A stretch of DNA of 64,000 nt, taken from the NCBI RefSeq assembly GCF_024710485.1, contig NZ_JANJUQ010000015.1, positions 15,614 to 79,613 of the forward strand, read 5' to 3'. Numbering within the stretch: the stretch's first letter is position 1; each line of letters begins with the position of its first letter. Positions 54,328 to 63,566 of this stretch are shown here, in pieces. This DNA comes from Flavobacterium sp. Its GTDB lineage: Bacteria; Bacteroidota; Bacteroidia; Flavobacteriales; Flavobacteriaceae. Position numbers and translations under genes: made by a program. The notes below the pieces were generated by a model. The model saw only the letters and a program-made list of their open reading frames with translations. It did not search any database and was not told where the DNA came from.

Positions 54328-55449
54328 TTAGTTTAATGTGATTGTTTTGGCAACGGTATCTATTGTTAATCTTCTAACACCAGTTGCTCCAACATATCTA
54401 AAGTTACTGTCACCGTCTAAACCATTAATCAATTCAGGAGAAATGGTATAACCTTGTGACACATAGTAAGGGTAGTTTCTGTTGGTTTCTCCCCAACTGT
54501 CACCACCGTTATTTTCTTCCCAAACTCTGAAAGTTTCGCCGCTGTTTAATCTCAAGATAGTTTCATACACTCCTGTTTTTACTAACGGGAATTCAGTTTC
54601 GTTGTTACCGGCCCATGACCATCCTCCCGGAGTAGCAGCGCCTACTAACCAAAATGAATTAGCATCGTTATTTCCTTGAGCTACGGTAATGAATTTTTGA
54701 TTTTCATCAATTTTGATTCTGTGTACGCCCGGGTTTCCTGTAAATCTGAAGTTAGAATCTCCATCATTAGCATTTTCTAACACAGAGCTAACTTTATAAC
54801 CATCATTAATATAATATGGGTAATTTCTTCCTGAACCCCAATCGCCTTCTGTAGTAAAGAAACGGAAAGTATCGTTGGCTAATGTAGCAGTAGCCGTTAA
54901 CACGTTGTCGTCACAAATCAAGCTTAGTGGAGAATCCCAATTCCATCCTGCAGAAGGAATCCCGGCACCAACAGCAAACTGACCTAAACAACCATATGGT
55001 GTTACTAAATAAGTAATGGTGTTTGAATAAACAGGGTCTGATGTTCCTACTGATGCTTTAATTCTGATATCAACCGGACTTTGAACAAAAGGAGTTGCAC
55101 CGGCTACCAAAGCAGCAAAATTTAATTGCGCTGATTGAATAGTTACAAACTCATTAGAGGTTGTGGCTAACACTTGAGCATCTGAAAAGTCTGAACCGTT
55201 TGGAGCAAGCTCTATAGAGTAATTAATTTGTGTTGGGGTAGAAAAATCTACCGGAGACCATGTTAAGGAAATACCAGGATTAGTTGGAGTATTTTCGTTT
55301 AAAACAATTGACTCTCCAGCCACCGGAGTAATTATACTGAACGACTGTCCATCTGGTGTAACAAATCTTAAATCTTGTTCATCTTCACAAGATGTAAGTA
55401 AAAAGGCTGTTACAGTTATTGCAAAAATTGATTTTATTATTTTTTTCAT
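54328..55449 (-). CDS. SusE/SusF-family starch-binding outer-membrane lipoprotein
   Basis: Lipoprotein signal (AFLLTSCEDE). There are two internally similar C-terminal domains (FRFFTTEGDWGSGRNYPYYINDGYKVS...GDSNFRFTG and FRVWEENNGGDSWGETNRNYPYYVSQGYTIS...GDSNFRYVG). It sits directly after susD. Confidence 0.8.
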   Translation of the reverse strand: MKKIIKSIFAITVTAFLLTSCEDEQDLRFVTPDGQSFSIITPVAGESIVLNENTPTNPGISLTWSPVDFSTPTQINYSIELAPNGSDFSDAQVLATTSNEFVTIQSAQLNFAALVAGATPFVQSPVDIRIKASVGTSDPVYSNTITYLVTPYGCLGQFAVGAGIPSAGWNWDSPLSLICDDNVLTATATLANDTFRFFTTEGDWGSGRNYPYYINDGYKVSSVLENANDGDSNFRFTGNPGVHRIKIDENQKFITVAQGNNDANSFWLVGAATPGGWSWAGNNETEFPLVKTGVYETILRLNSGETFRVWEENNGGDSWGETNRNYPYYVSQGYTISPELINGLDGDSNFRYVGATGVRRLTIDTVAKTITLN

Positions 55450-55468
55450 TTTGTTATAATTTTAGTTA

Positions 55469-57097
55469 TTAATACCCCGTATTTTGTGTCAAATTAGGAT
55501 TTGCTGCCAACGCTAAAGTTGGAATAGGATATACATTTAAATTTGATGAGATAGAAACACCACTCGCTGCATTTCCTTTCCATGCCCAGTTGTATGTTCC
55601 ACCGGCATACTTTCCGAAACGAATCAAATCTTGTCTTCGGTGAGCCTCCCAATGCAATTCACGAGCGCGCTCATCCAAGATAAAGTCCAATGTCACTTGT
55701 GAAGCACTCACATTAGCAAAACTATCCCCGTTAGCTCGGAAACGCAATGCGTTGATGTAATCTAAAGACTGTTGAGAAGCATTTGCAGTTCCACTTCCGT
55801 TAGTTGCACCATCTTTTCTCATTTGAGCTTCAGCATACATTAAGTAAACATCCGCCAAACGGAACAGTGGAAAATCTGTATCTACAAAAGTTGAGTTAGA
55901 GCCTGTGATTCCTGTAGAAGAAACATTAGAATACTTAGTCAAAATGTATCCTTGATTTCTGTTAGAAATATCTTGAATTTCTAAAGATCTAGGACCTCCT
56001 CCAAGGATTGTTTTTCTGGCATCATAATCAAAATCAACACCGTTGAATTTCTCAACAAATTGTTTTCTCAAACGAATAGCTCCACCCCAGCCGCCGGCAC
56101 CAACACCGAGAGCGGTACCATTTTGCTCTAATGAACCTACTGATCCATTAATCATAACCGTAGTTGGACCATAATTTTGAGTAATCTCTCCATCAGATTG
56201 GATAGCAAAAATCATTTCAGTAGAAGTATCATTATCTGCTTTGAAATTGTCCAAATAATTGTTCTCTAAAACATAACCTCCGGCAATAATTGCCTCACAT
56301 TGAGTCATACAATCTTGGTATCTGTTTTGACCGATGTAAACCTCGGCATTCAAATACATTTTAGCCAAAATCATTCTGGCAAAAGCCTGATCCAATCGTC
56401 CTGCCTCATTAGTTCTTGGTGCTTTTAGTTCAGGTATAAGAGTGGTTAACTCCGTCTCCAAGTACTGAAACAACTCTTGACGGTTGTATTCCTCCCCGGC
56501 AATGGCTACAGGTTGGTTTTCAGTATTAAAAGCCGCTTTTCCGAACAAGTCCATCAAATGATAGTAGGCTAGAGCTCTCAAGGCTTTAATCTCACTTCTG
56601 TATTCAACAATTTTTGACAAAAGTGAGGCATCTGTAACACCTCTCGAAGAAAGTTTTTCAGGAGTGGTTTGTCTTAAGTACTCGTTACAAAGTGCTACTT
56701 GGAACATGGCGCGACTGAACATCCCTCTGATGATAGGATTACCGGCAGTCCAAATATTTCTTTGAAGTTCTCTCACACCTCCATCTCCCTCATAACTCCA
56801 AACAGCCTCGTCTGTAGTGAGGTTTTGCAAGTACCACAAACAACGTCCATACTGACTGGTTCCGGCGTCAATACCTCCAATGTTCGAGGATTCAGGACCA
56901 CTGGTTCCGGTAAGTGACAAATTACCGTATACACCTGCTAATCCTTTTTGATAAGCATCTTCTGTAAAGAAAAACTCTTCAGAAAGAAACACATTCGGAT
57001 TTTCAGGTTCGATTTCTAAATCACTTTCACATGATGTAAACACCAAGGAAGCGAAAAGGAAATAAACTAGATTGAACTTAATTTTTTTCATAGTCAT
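55469..57097 (-). CDS. susD: SusD/RagB-family nutrient-binding outer-membrane lipoprotein
   Basis: Lipobox (LVFTSCESD), then a helical TPR-like body with RALAYYHLMDLFG and LFRLADVYLMYAEA. It sits immediately after susC. Confidence 0.9.
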   Translation of the reverse strand: MTMKKIKFNLVYFLFASLVFTSCESDLEIEPENPNVFLSEEFFFTEDAYQKGLAGVYGNLSLTGTSGPESSNIGGIDAGTSQYGRCLWYLQNLTTDEAVWSYEGDGGVRELQRNIWTAGNPIIRGMFSRAMFQVALCNEYLRQTTPEKLSSRGVTDASLLSKIVEYRSEIKALRALAYYHLMDLFGKAAFNTENQPVAIAGEEYNRQELFQYLETELTTLIPELKAPRTNEAGRLDQAFARMILAKMYLNAEVYIGQNRYQDCMTQCEAIIAGGYVLENNYLDNFKADNDTSTEMIFAIQSDGEITQNYGPTTVMINGSVGSLEQNGTALGVGAGGWGGAIRLRKQFVEKFNGVDFDYDARKTILGGGPRSLEIQDISNRNQGYILTKYSNVSSTGITGSNSTFVDTDFPLFRLADVYLMYAEAQMRKDGATNGSGTANASQQSLDYINALRFRANGDSFANVSASQVTLDFILDERARELHWEAHRRQDLIRFGKYAGGTYNWAWKGNAASGVSISSNLNVYPIPTLALAANPNLTQNTGY

Positions 57098-57100
57098 TTT

Positions 57101-60100
57101 TTAAAATTTTAAATTAGCTCCAAATAAAAACTGTCTTTGTCTAGGATAAATAGTATTATCCAATCCGCCATTAATTTCAGGATCTAATCCGGAATATTTG
57201 GTAATGATAAAGGCATTTTGAACACCTGTAAATAATCTCAAAGAAGCTTTTCCGTCTAACCAATTCGGGAAAGTATATCCTAAGGTAATATTGTCCATTC
57301 TTAAGAAAGAACCGTTTTCAACATAAATATCAGACAAGGCAATAGTACCACCGTTGTTGGCGAATTCTGTATCGTTGAAAGCCGTAGGAATGTTAGAAAG
57401 TTGTCCGTCATTGTTAGTTGCGAAGTTAGAATATGCTCTAACCGCATTAACTTGATTCAAAATTCTGTTTCCGATACTGGCTCTTAAGAAGAATGAGAAA
57501 TCAAAATTCTTGTAGTTCATGTTAGAAGAGAAACCGAAAACAGCATCAGGATCGGGATTTTTGTAGATGTATCTGTCGTTTTCATTTACAATTCCGTCAC
57601 CGTTCAAGTCGGCAAAAGCACCATCTAACGGTGTTCCGTCAGTATTGTACAATTGTTTGTAAACGTAGAAAGAATCAGGTGTAAATCCAACTTTTCTGAT
57701 TTGAGATGTCCCACCAAAACCTAGACCGGTAGAACCTGTAAGCTGCTCCGTTGCACCTCCTGGAAGAGATTCAATTCTTCTTTCAAATTTAGCAGCATTA
57801 AAATTAACATTCCAGTTGAAGGTATCCGTTTTAAGCACATCCGCATTCAAATTCAACTCAATCCCTTTGGTAGAAAAACTTCCTCCGTTAGCCGGGCCTT
57901 GGTTTCCAAAGTTACTACCATCTGCATAAGGTGTTTCATTAAAGAATAAATCTTCCGTTAATTTGTAAAAGGCATCAACACTTCCTGAGATTCTTCCTGA
58001 GAATAAGCCGTAATCAAAACCTACGTTGTAAGAAGTGGTCTCTTCCCATTTCAAATTAGGATTGTAGGATTGTGGCACACCCACTTGATAAGCCACGCCA
58101 CCTAAACTGTACTGTGAATTTGGCAAACCTGTAGTATATCTCGGCAAATAAAAATCCCCAACAGGAATAGCTTGCTGTCCTGAAATCCCCCAACCTAATC
58201 TCAATTTCAAATCAGAAATTAACTTACTGTCTTTAAAGAAATCTTCATTAATTTTCCAAGCAAAAGCTGCAGAAGGGAAGTTACCCCAACGGTTTTCTTC
58301 AGCGAAACGCGATGTTCCATCACGACGCATAGCTAGAGTTAGTAAATATTTATCTTTGAAACTTAGGTTAGTTCTGGCAAAATAACCAATCAAAACTTCA
58401 TCCGGACTGGCAGGAAAACTCTCTACAGAGGTAGGATTATTAATGTTTCCGCTTCTGTAACCATAGTATTCAAATTTTTGATAAGAATAACCGGCAGTTG
58501 CTTCAACATTAGTGTTGCCGAATTTTTTGTTGTACACAAAATAGGCATCCAAAAGTTTATTTCTTCGAGTATCTTCATCAAAAATATTAGTACCGATAAA
58601 GGCGTCGTTCAAAATCTCACTGGAACCGATACCTTCTGTTCCTTTTCGTATTCTTCTTTCACCATTTGACTCATCAAATCCTAAATTAACCACCGCTCTC
58701 AAAGCAGGGAAGAAATGGAATTTATAATCGATTTCAAAATTTCCTAAAAATCTATTATTGATTCCTCTATCGTTAGTTTGCAATAAATCAGCAACCGGGT
58801 TTCTTGGAGATTGAGCCGCTAAGCCGGTTGGAATAGTTGAACTCTCATATTCAAAGAAACCACTGAAGTTTCCTCCGAAAGGATTATAAACCGGTTTGGT
58901 AGGATCAAATCTGATGGCAGTTCCTTCAACTGCATTGGCAAATCTGTTTCTTTCGTTAGAGAAGAAAGCAGAGACATTTAATTTTAAATGATCATCAAAA
59001 AATTTCGGATTTAAAGCTACCGAAATATTATTTCTTGTAAACTGATTGGTCAATCTTAAACCTTCTTGGTAAGTATTACCTATTGTCAATTTTGCCGGAA
59101 TACGATTGAACAATTGCCCTCTCACAGAAATATTATTATCTACAAAATCAGTTCTTCTGTAGATAGCTTCTTGCCAATCAGTATTGTAAATTTGTTGTGC
59201 TTCGTTGATAGCCGTTGTCGGATCATCTGTAATGTTAGGATTAACCAAACCTAACTCAGCAAAACGAGTTGGATGATATTGCTGAATAAAAGCAGTATAT
59301 TGTGAAGAATTCATAATATCCAACTTATTAGCAATCTTCCCTGAACCATATTGAAAATTGTAATCCACTGATAGCTTTTTCCCTCCCCTTTTGGTAGTAA
59401 TTATAATTACCCCATTCGCAGCTCTTGCGCCATAGATGGCAGAAGCCGAAGCATCTTTCAGCACGTTGAAACTTTCTATATCATTTGGATTCAAAGAGGC
59501 TAATACTGAAGTAGCACCAACATTAGAGTCGTTAGTAACCGGTAACCCGTCAATAACAATCAACGGATCATTAGAGGCACTTAGAGAAGATCCTCCACGA
59601 ATTCTGATTTGCGAACCACTTCCCGGCGCACCACCTCCTGTGTTAATGGTAAGCCCTGCTACTCTTCCTGACAACAAATTCTCGGCAGTAACGTTAGCTC
59701 CTTTATTGAACTCTTTTGCGGTAATCGCAGTTACAGACCCCGTAGCATCTTTTTTCTTTACGGATCCATACCCTACTTGCACCACTACTTCTTGTAGTTG
59801 GTTGGCGCTTTCCACCAAACTGATGCTGACTGTTTTTTGCCCGGAAAAAGTAATCGTTTGAGAATCATACCCTACATAAGAAAAGACTACTTTGTCTCCG
59901 CTTTTAAGGCCTCCCAACTGAAACTTTCCGTCAAAATCCGTCGATGCGCTATTGTTAGCGCCTTGGACAATTACATTTACTCCCGGTAATGGTTGGTTGG
60001 TTTGACTGTCCAAAACCACTCCACTCAAAGTACTCTGTGCCAGAACACCAAAAGGAAGCAAAAGGAATAAAAATAACAACTTTTTGTAAATTGTTTTCAT
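57101..60100 (-). CDS. susC: SusC/RagA-family TonB-dependent outer-membrane transporter
   Basis: 999 aa. Carboxypeptidase-regulatory-like N-domain (LSGVVLDSQTNQPLPGVNVIVQG), plug (NVLKDASASAIYGARAANGVIIITTKRG), and a barrel ending in FLFGANLKF. Confidence 0.93.
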   Translation of the reverse strand: MKTIYKKLLFLFLLLPFGVLAQSTLSGVVLDSQTNQPLPGVNVIVQGANNSASTDFDGKFQLGGLKSGDKVVFSYVGYDSQTITFSGQKTVSISLVESANQLQEVVVQVGYGSVKKKDATGSVTAITAKEFNKGANVTAENLLSGRVAGLTINTGGGAPGSGSQIRIRGGSSLSASNDPLIVIDGLPVTNDSNVGATSVLASLNPNDIESFNVLKDASASAIYGARAANGVIIITTKRGGKKLSVDYNFQYGSGKIANKLDIMNSSQYTAFIQQYHPTRFAELGLVNPNITDDPTTAINEAQQIYNTDWQEAIYRRTDFVDNNISVRGQLFNRIPAKLTIGNTYQEGLRLTNQFTRNNISVALNPKFFDDHLKLNVSAFFSNERNRFANAVEGTAIRFDPTKPVYNPFGGNFSGFFEYESSTIPTGLAAQSPRNPVADLLQTNDRGINNRFLGNFEIDYKFHFFPALRAVVNLGFDESNGERRIRKGTEGIGSSEILNDAFIGTNIFDEDTRRNKLLDAYFVYNKKFGNTNVEATAGYSYQKFEYYGYRSGNINNPTSVESFPASPDEVLIGYFARTNLSFKDKYLLTLAMRRDGTSRFAEENRWGNFPSAAFAWKINEDFFKDSKLISDLKLRLGWGISGQQAIPVGDFYLPRYTTGLPNSQYSLGGVAYQVGVPQSYNPNLKWEETTSYNVGFDYGLFSGRISGSVDAFYKLTEDLFFNETPYADGSNFGNQGPANGGSFSTKGIELNLNADVLKTDTFNWNVNFNAAKFERRIESLPGGATEQLTGSTGLGFGGTSQIRKVGFTPDSFYVYKQLYNTDGTPLDGAFADLNGDGIVNENDRYIYKNPDPDAVFGFSSNMNYKNFDFSFFLRASIGNRILNQVNAVRAYSNFATNNDGQLSNIPTAFNDTEFANNGGTIALSDIYVENGSFLRMDNITLGYTFPNWLDGKASLRLFTGVQNAFIITKYSGLDPEINGGLDNTIYPRQRQFLFGANLKF

Positions 60101-60209
60101 ACGTTTTGTTTAGGTTAAAATTGAATTTTTTGTGCTTATACTTATACTTCGAATGTTAAATTTATGCAAAAAATTCAATCTCCGGAATAAACGCTTGTTA
60201 AATCCGACT

Positions 60210-60223
60210 CGAAAACGTTTTCG
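60210..60223. promoter_or_regulatory. candidate LacI-family operator (perfect 14-bp palindrome CGAAAACGTTTTCG)
   Basis: It is a perfect palindrome with a central CG, as in LacI/GalR/CcpA-type operators. It lies in the divergent susC / LacI-regulator intergenic region. An 11/14 copy (AAAAAACGTTTGCG) lies at 61360-61373. Confidence 0.5.
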
Positions 60224-60328
60224 TGTTGAAAACTTTTCCATTATTCCATATTTTTAAGTACAAAATTGACAGAATTAAAAATAACCTCTATCTTTATTCA
60301 GAAAACAGTATTTACCTCCTTCAAAACG

Positions 60329-61348
60329 ATGAAAAGAAAAGTTACGCTTAAACAAATAGCCAAAGAACTCGATGTATCTATTTCTACAGTATCCAAATCA
60401 CTGCGAAACAGTTTGGAAATAAGCGAAGACACCCGCCAAAAAGTTCAGGCGTTTGCCAAATTATACAACTATAAGCCTAACAATATTGCTTTAAGTTTAA
60501 AAAACAAAAAAACAAAAACCATTTGCATCATCATCCCCGAGATTATTCATCATTTTTTCGCCACAGTGATTAGCGGTGTAGAAAATGTAGCCAATGAAAA
60601 CGGGTACAATGTTTTAGTATGCCTTTCCGACGAATCGTTCGATAAAGAAGTTATCAATATGGAAATGTTGGCTAACGGTAGTATAGACGGTTTCATCATG
60701 TCATTGTCCAAAGAAACACAATTAAAAAAAGATTTTCACCACATAACAGAGGTCATCAACCAAGGAATGCCGGTAGTCATGTTTGACCGAATTACTAATG
60801 AGATATTATGTGACAAAGTCATTATTGACGATAGCTTAGCCGCATTCAATGCTACACAATACTTCATCGACAAAGGCTTCAAAAAAATTGCCTTAATCTC
60901 AACTGTAGACTACGTGAGCGTAGGAAAATTGAGAACCGAAGGCTACATAAAAGCTTTAAAAAACAACGACATCAAGGTCGATGAAAACTTAATTTTAAAA
61001 ATCGAAGACACTGAAAACTTCGAAGACAGCATTGCTGCTCTTTTAACAAACAATTCTATTGACGCCATATTTGCAGTGAACGAATTGTTTGCGGTTACCG
61101 CAATCAAAGTAGCCAACAAATTAGGCAAAAAAGTGCCGGATGACATTTCAGTTATCGGATTTACCGATGGTATTATCTCTAAATATTCCTCTCCAAGTAT
61201 TACAACTGTCAGCCAGAATGGTGTAAAAATGGGCGGAAAAGCGGCTAAAATGTTAATTGAAAGATTGGAAGCCGAAGAAGAAGACGAAGAACAATACAGA
61301 ACAGAAGTAATCGAAACCGAATTAGTCGAAAGAGAATCCACCCGATAG
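60329..61348 (+). CDS. LacI-family transcriptional regulator (probable maltose/starch regulator)
   Basis: HTH VTLKQIAKELDVSISTVSKSLRN, followed by a periplasmic-binding-protein-like sugar-binding core. The start is placed at the internal ATG (MKRKVTL). Confidence 0.9.
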   Translation: MKRKVTLKQIAKELDVSISTVSKSLRNSLEISEDTRQKVQAFAKLYNYKPNNIALSLKNKKTKTICIIIPEIIHHFFATVISGVENVANENGYNVLVCLSDESFDKEVINMEMLANGSIDGFIMSLSKETQLKKDFHHITEVINQGMPVVMFDRITNEILCDKVIIDDSLAAFNATQYFIDKGFKKIALISTVDYVSVGKLRTEGYIKALKNNDIKVDENLILKIEDTENFEDSIAALLTNNSIDAIFAVNELFAVTAIKVANKLGKKVPDDISVIGFTDGIISKYSSPSITTVSQNGVKMGGKAAKMLIERLEAEEEDEEQYRTEVIETELVERESTR

Positions 61349-61529
61349 TTTTTATCAACAAAAAACGTTTGCGCTGGTACATCAACTCATTTTTTCGGAG
61401 CGAAATAATCACATTATAAATTCTTTATTATCTTTACCGCAATTATCAAAGCTTATACTTTACTTCGAAAAAAATTAAAGTTTTGATAAGCAAAGCGCTT
61501 ATCGTATTACAAACCAACATATTACGATA

Positions 61530-62879
61530 ATGGAAAAGCGTAAATTAGGTTTCTGGGAAATTTGGAACATGAGTTTCGGTTTCCTAGGGATACAGATGGG
61601 TTTTGCCCTCCAAAATGCTAACGCCAGCAGAATTCTCCAAATTTTCGGTGCCGATGTACACGAATTATCATGGTTCTGGATTATAGCCCCTTTGATGGGA
61701 TTGATAGTTCAACCTTTAATAGGTCATTACAGCGACAATACTTGGGGAAGATTCGGCAGAAGAAAACCTTATTTTTTAACGGGTGCCTTATTGGCTTCAA
61801 TAGGGTTGGTATTGATGCCGCAAGCGGAAATTTTCATTGCTTTCATGCCGGCCTTGTGGGTTGGCGCCGGAATGTTAATGATTATGGATGCTTCATTCAA
61901 TATTGCCATGGAACCTTTCCGAGCCTTGGTGGGAGACAATTTGAGAGCAGACCAACACACCTTAGGTTTTAGTGTTCAAACCGCATTAATCGGTATTGGC
62001 GCAGTAGTGGGCTCTTGGTTGCCATACGTATTAAACGAATGGTTCGGCATCAGTAACTTACCAACCGAGGAATCTGGCATCCCGGACAATTTAATTTATT
62101 CTTTTATCATTGGCGCTTTAGTGTTGATTGGGACCATTCTGATTACGGTAGTAACTACGAAAGAATACTCCCCTGAAGAGCTGGCTCAATTTCGAGATGA
62201 AAAAGAACATTTAGAAGCCATGGGCGAGGAGAAAGAATCCAAGCTCTCTGATATTTTCAGCGACTTTGCCAAAATGCCTGCAACCATGCGTCAACTGAGC
62301 TGGGTGCAATTCTTCTCTTGGTTCGGATTATTCGGAATGTGGGTATTCACTACACCTGCCATAGCCCAACACATTTACGGCTTATCGGTTAGTGATACGA
62401 AAAGCCCCGAGTTTCAATCGGCAGGCGACTGGGTAGGCATCATTTTCGGAGTCTACAATTTTGTTTCTGCTATTGTGGCCTTTCTTCTCCCTTACATAGC
62501 CAAACAAATCGGCAGAAGAAAAACCCATGCCCTATCATTGGTTTTAGGCGGAATCGGTTTGATTTCTATGTATTTTATGCCTAACAAAGAAGCTTTAATC
62601 ATTTCAATGGTATTAGTTGGCTTTGCTTGGGCCAGTATTTTAGCCATGCCTTACGCGATTCTGGCCGGTTCCATTCACCCTAAAAAAATGGGAGTATATA
62701 TGGGAATATTCAATTTTTTCATCGTTATCCCACAAATCATCAACGCTTTAATCGGTGGTCCGTTAGTAAAATATGTTTACGGCGACCACGCTATCTATGC
62801 CTTAGTTATGAGTGGCGTGAGCTTCCTTATTGCAGCCTATTTAGCCCTTAAAGTAAAAGACAGTAAAGACATCAATTAA
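61530..62879 (+). CDS. MFS sugar transporter (GPH/SLC45-like, probable maltose/maltodextrin importer)
   Basis: 449 aa, 12 predicted TM helices. The loop GHYSDNTWGRFGRRKPY is typical of glycoside-pentoside-hexuronide-like MFS carriers. It lies between the LacI gene and pgmB. Confidence 0.8.
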   Translation: MEKRKLGFWEIWNMSFGFLGIQMGFALQNANASRILQIFGADVHELSWFWIIAPLMGLIVQPLIGHYSDNTWGRFGRRKPYFLTGALLASIGLVLMPQAEIFIAFMPALWVGAGMLMIMDASFNIAMEPFRALVGDNLRADQHTLGFSVQTALIGIGAVVGSWLPYVLNEWFGISNLPTEESGIPDNLIYSFIIGALVLIGTILITVVTTKEYSPEELAQFRDEKEHLEAMGEEKESKLSDIFSDFAKMPATMRQLSWVQFFSWFGLFGMWVFTTPAIAQHIYGLSVSDTKSPEFQSAGDWVGIIFGVYNFVSAIVAFLLPYIAKQIGRRKTHALSLVLGGIGLISMYFMPNKEALIISMVLVGFAWASILAMPYAILAGSIHPKKMGVYMGIFNFFIVIPQIINALIGGPLVKYVYGDHAIYALVMSGVSFLIAAYLALKVKDSKDIN

Positions 62880-63532
62880 TGACAAAAAAAGCATTCATAT
62901 TCGACCTCGACGGCGTAATCGTTGACACCGCTAAATACCATTTTTTAGCGTGGCAAAAATTAGCACAAGAATTGGGCATCGAATTTACCCCCGAACACAA
63001 CGAAGAATTAAAAGGAGTCAGCCGCGTTCGTTCTCTTGACATCATCTTGGCCTTAGGTAACATTGAAGCCTCTCAAGAAGACAAAAACAAATGGCTCATC
63101 CAAAAAAACGAAGACTACTTATCCTACTTGGTCGATATGGACGAAAGCGAAATATTGCCCGGAGTGGTCACCGTACTCGAATTTATCAAAGAAAAACAAC
63201 AACTTATCGCCTTAGGCTCGGCTAGCAAAAATGCCCGACCTATTCTTGAAAAAACAGGAATTCTGCACTTTTTTGATGCGATTGTTGACGGAAATGATGT
63301 CTCTAATGCCAAACCTGATCCGGAAGTTTTTCTCAGAGCTGCGCAATTACTAAACGTGTCCAACGAAAACGCCATCGTTTTTGAAGACAGCGTAGCAGGC
63401 ATTCAAGCCGCTAACATCGCGAACATGATTAGTGTTGGCATAGGTGATGCCACTATTTTACACGAAGCAAAGTATAATTTTAAAGATTTTACGTTTATGG
63501 ATTTAGACTTCATCGAAGGTCTTATAAACTAA
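62879..63532 (+). CDS. pgmB: beta-phosphoglucomutase
   Basis: HAD motif I FIFDLDGVIVDT, KGVSR, LGSASKN, FEDSVAGIQAA. Its start overlaps the MFS stop, and a GH65 gene follows. Confidence 0.9.
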   Translation: MTKKAFIFDLDGVIVDTAKYHFLAWQKLAQELGIEFTPEHNEELKGVSRVRSLDIILALGNIEASQEDKNKWLIQKNEDYLSYLVDMDESEILPGVVTVLEFIKEKQQLIALGSASKNARPILEKTGILHFFDAIVDGNDVSNAKPDPEVFLRAAQLLNVSNENAIVFEDSVAGIQAANIANMISVGIGDATILHEAKYNFKDFTFMDLDFIEGLIN

Positions 63533-63566
63533 AATCGAATGATAAAAGGACAATAAAAAAATTACA

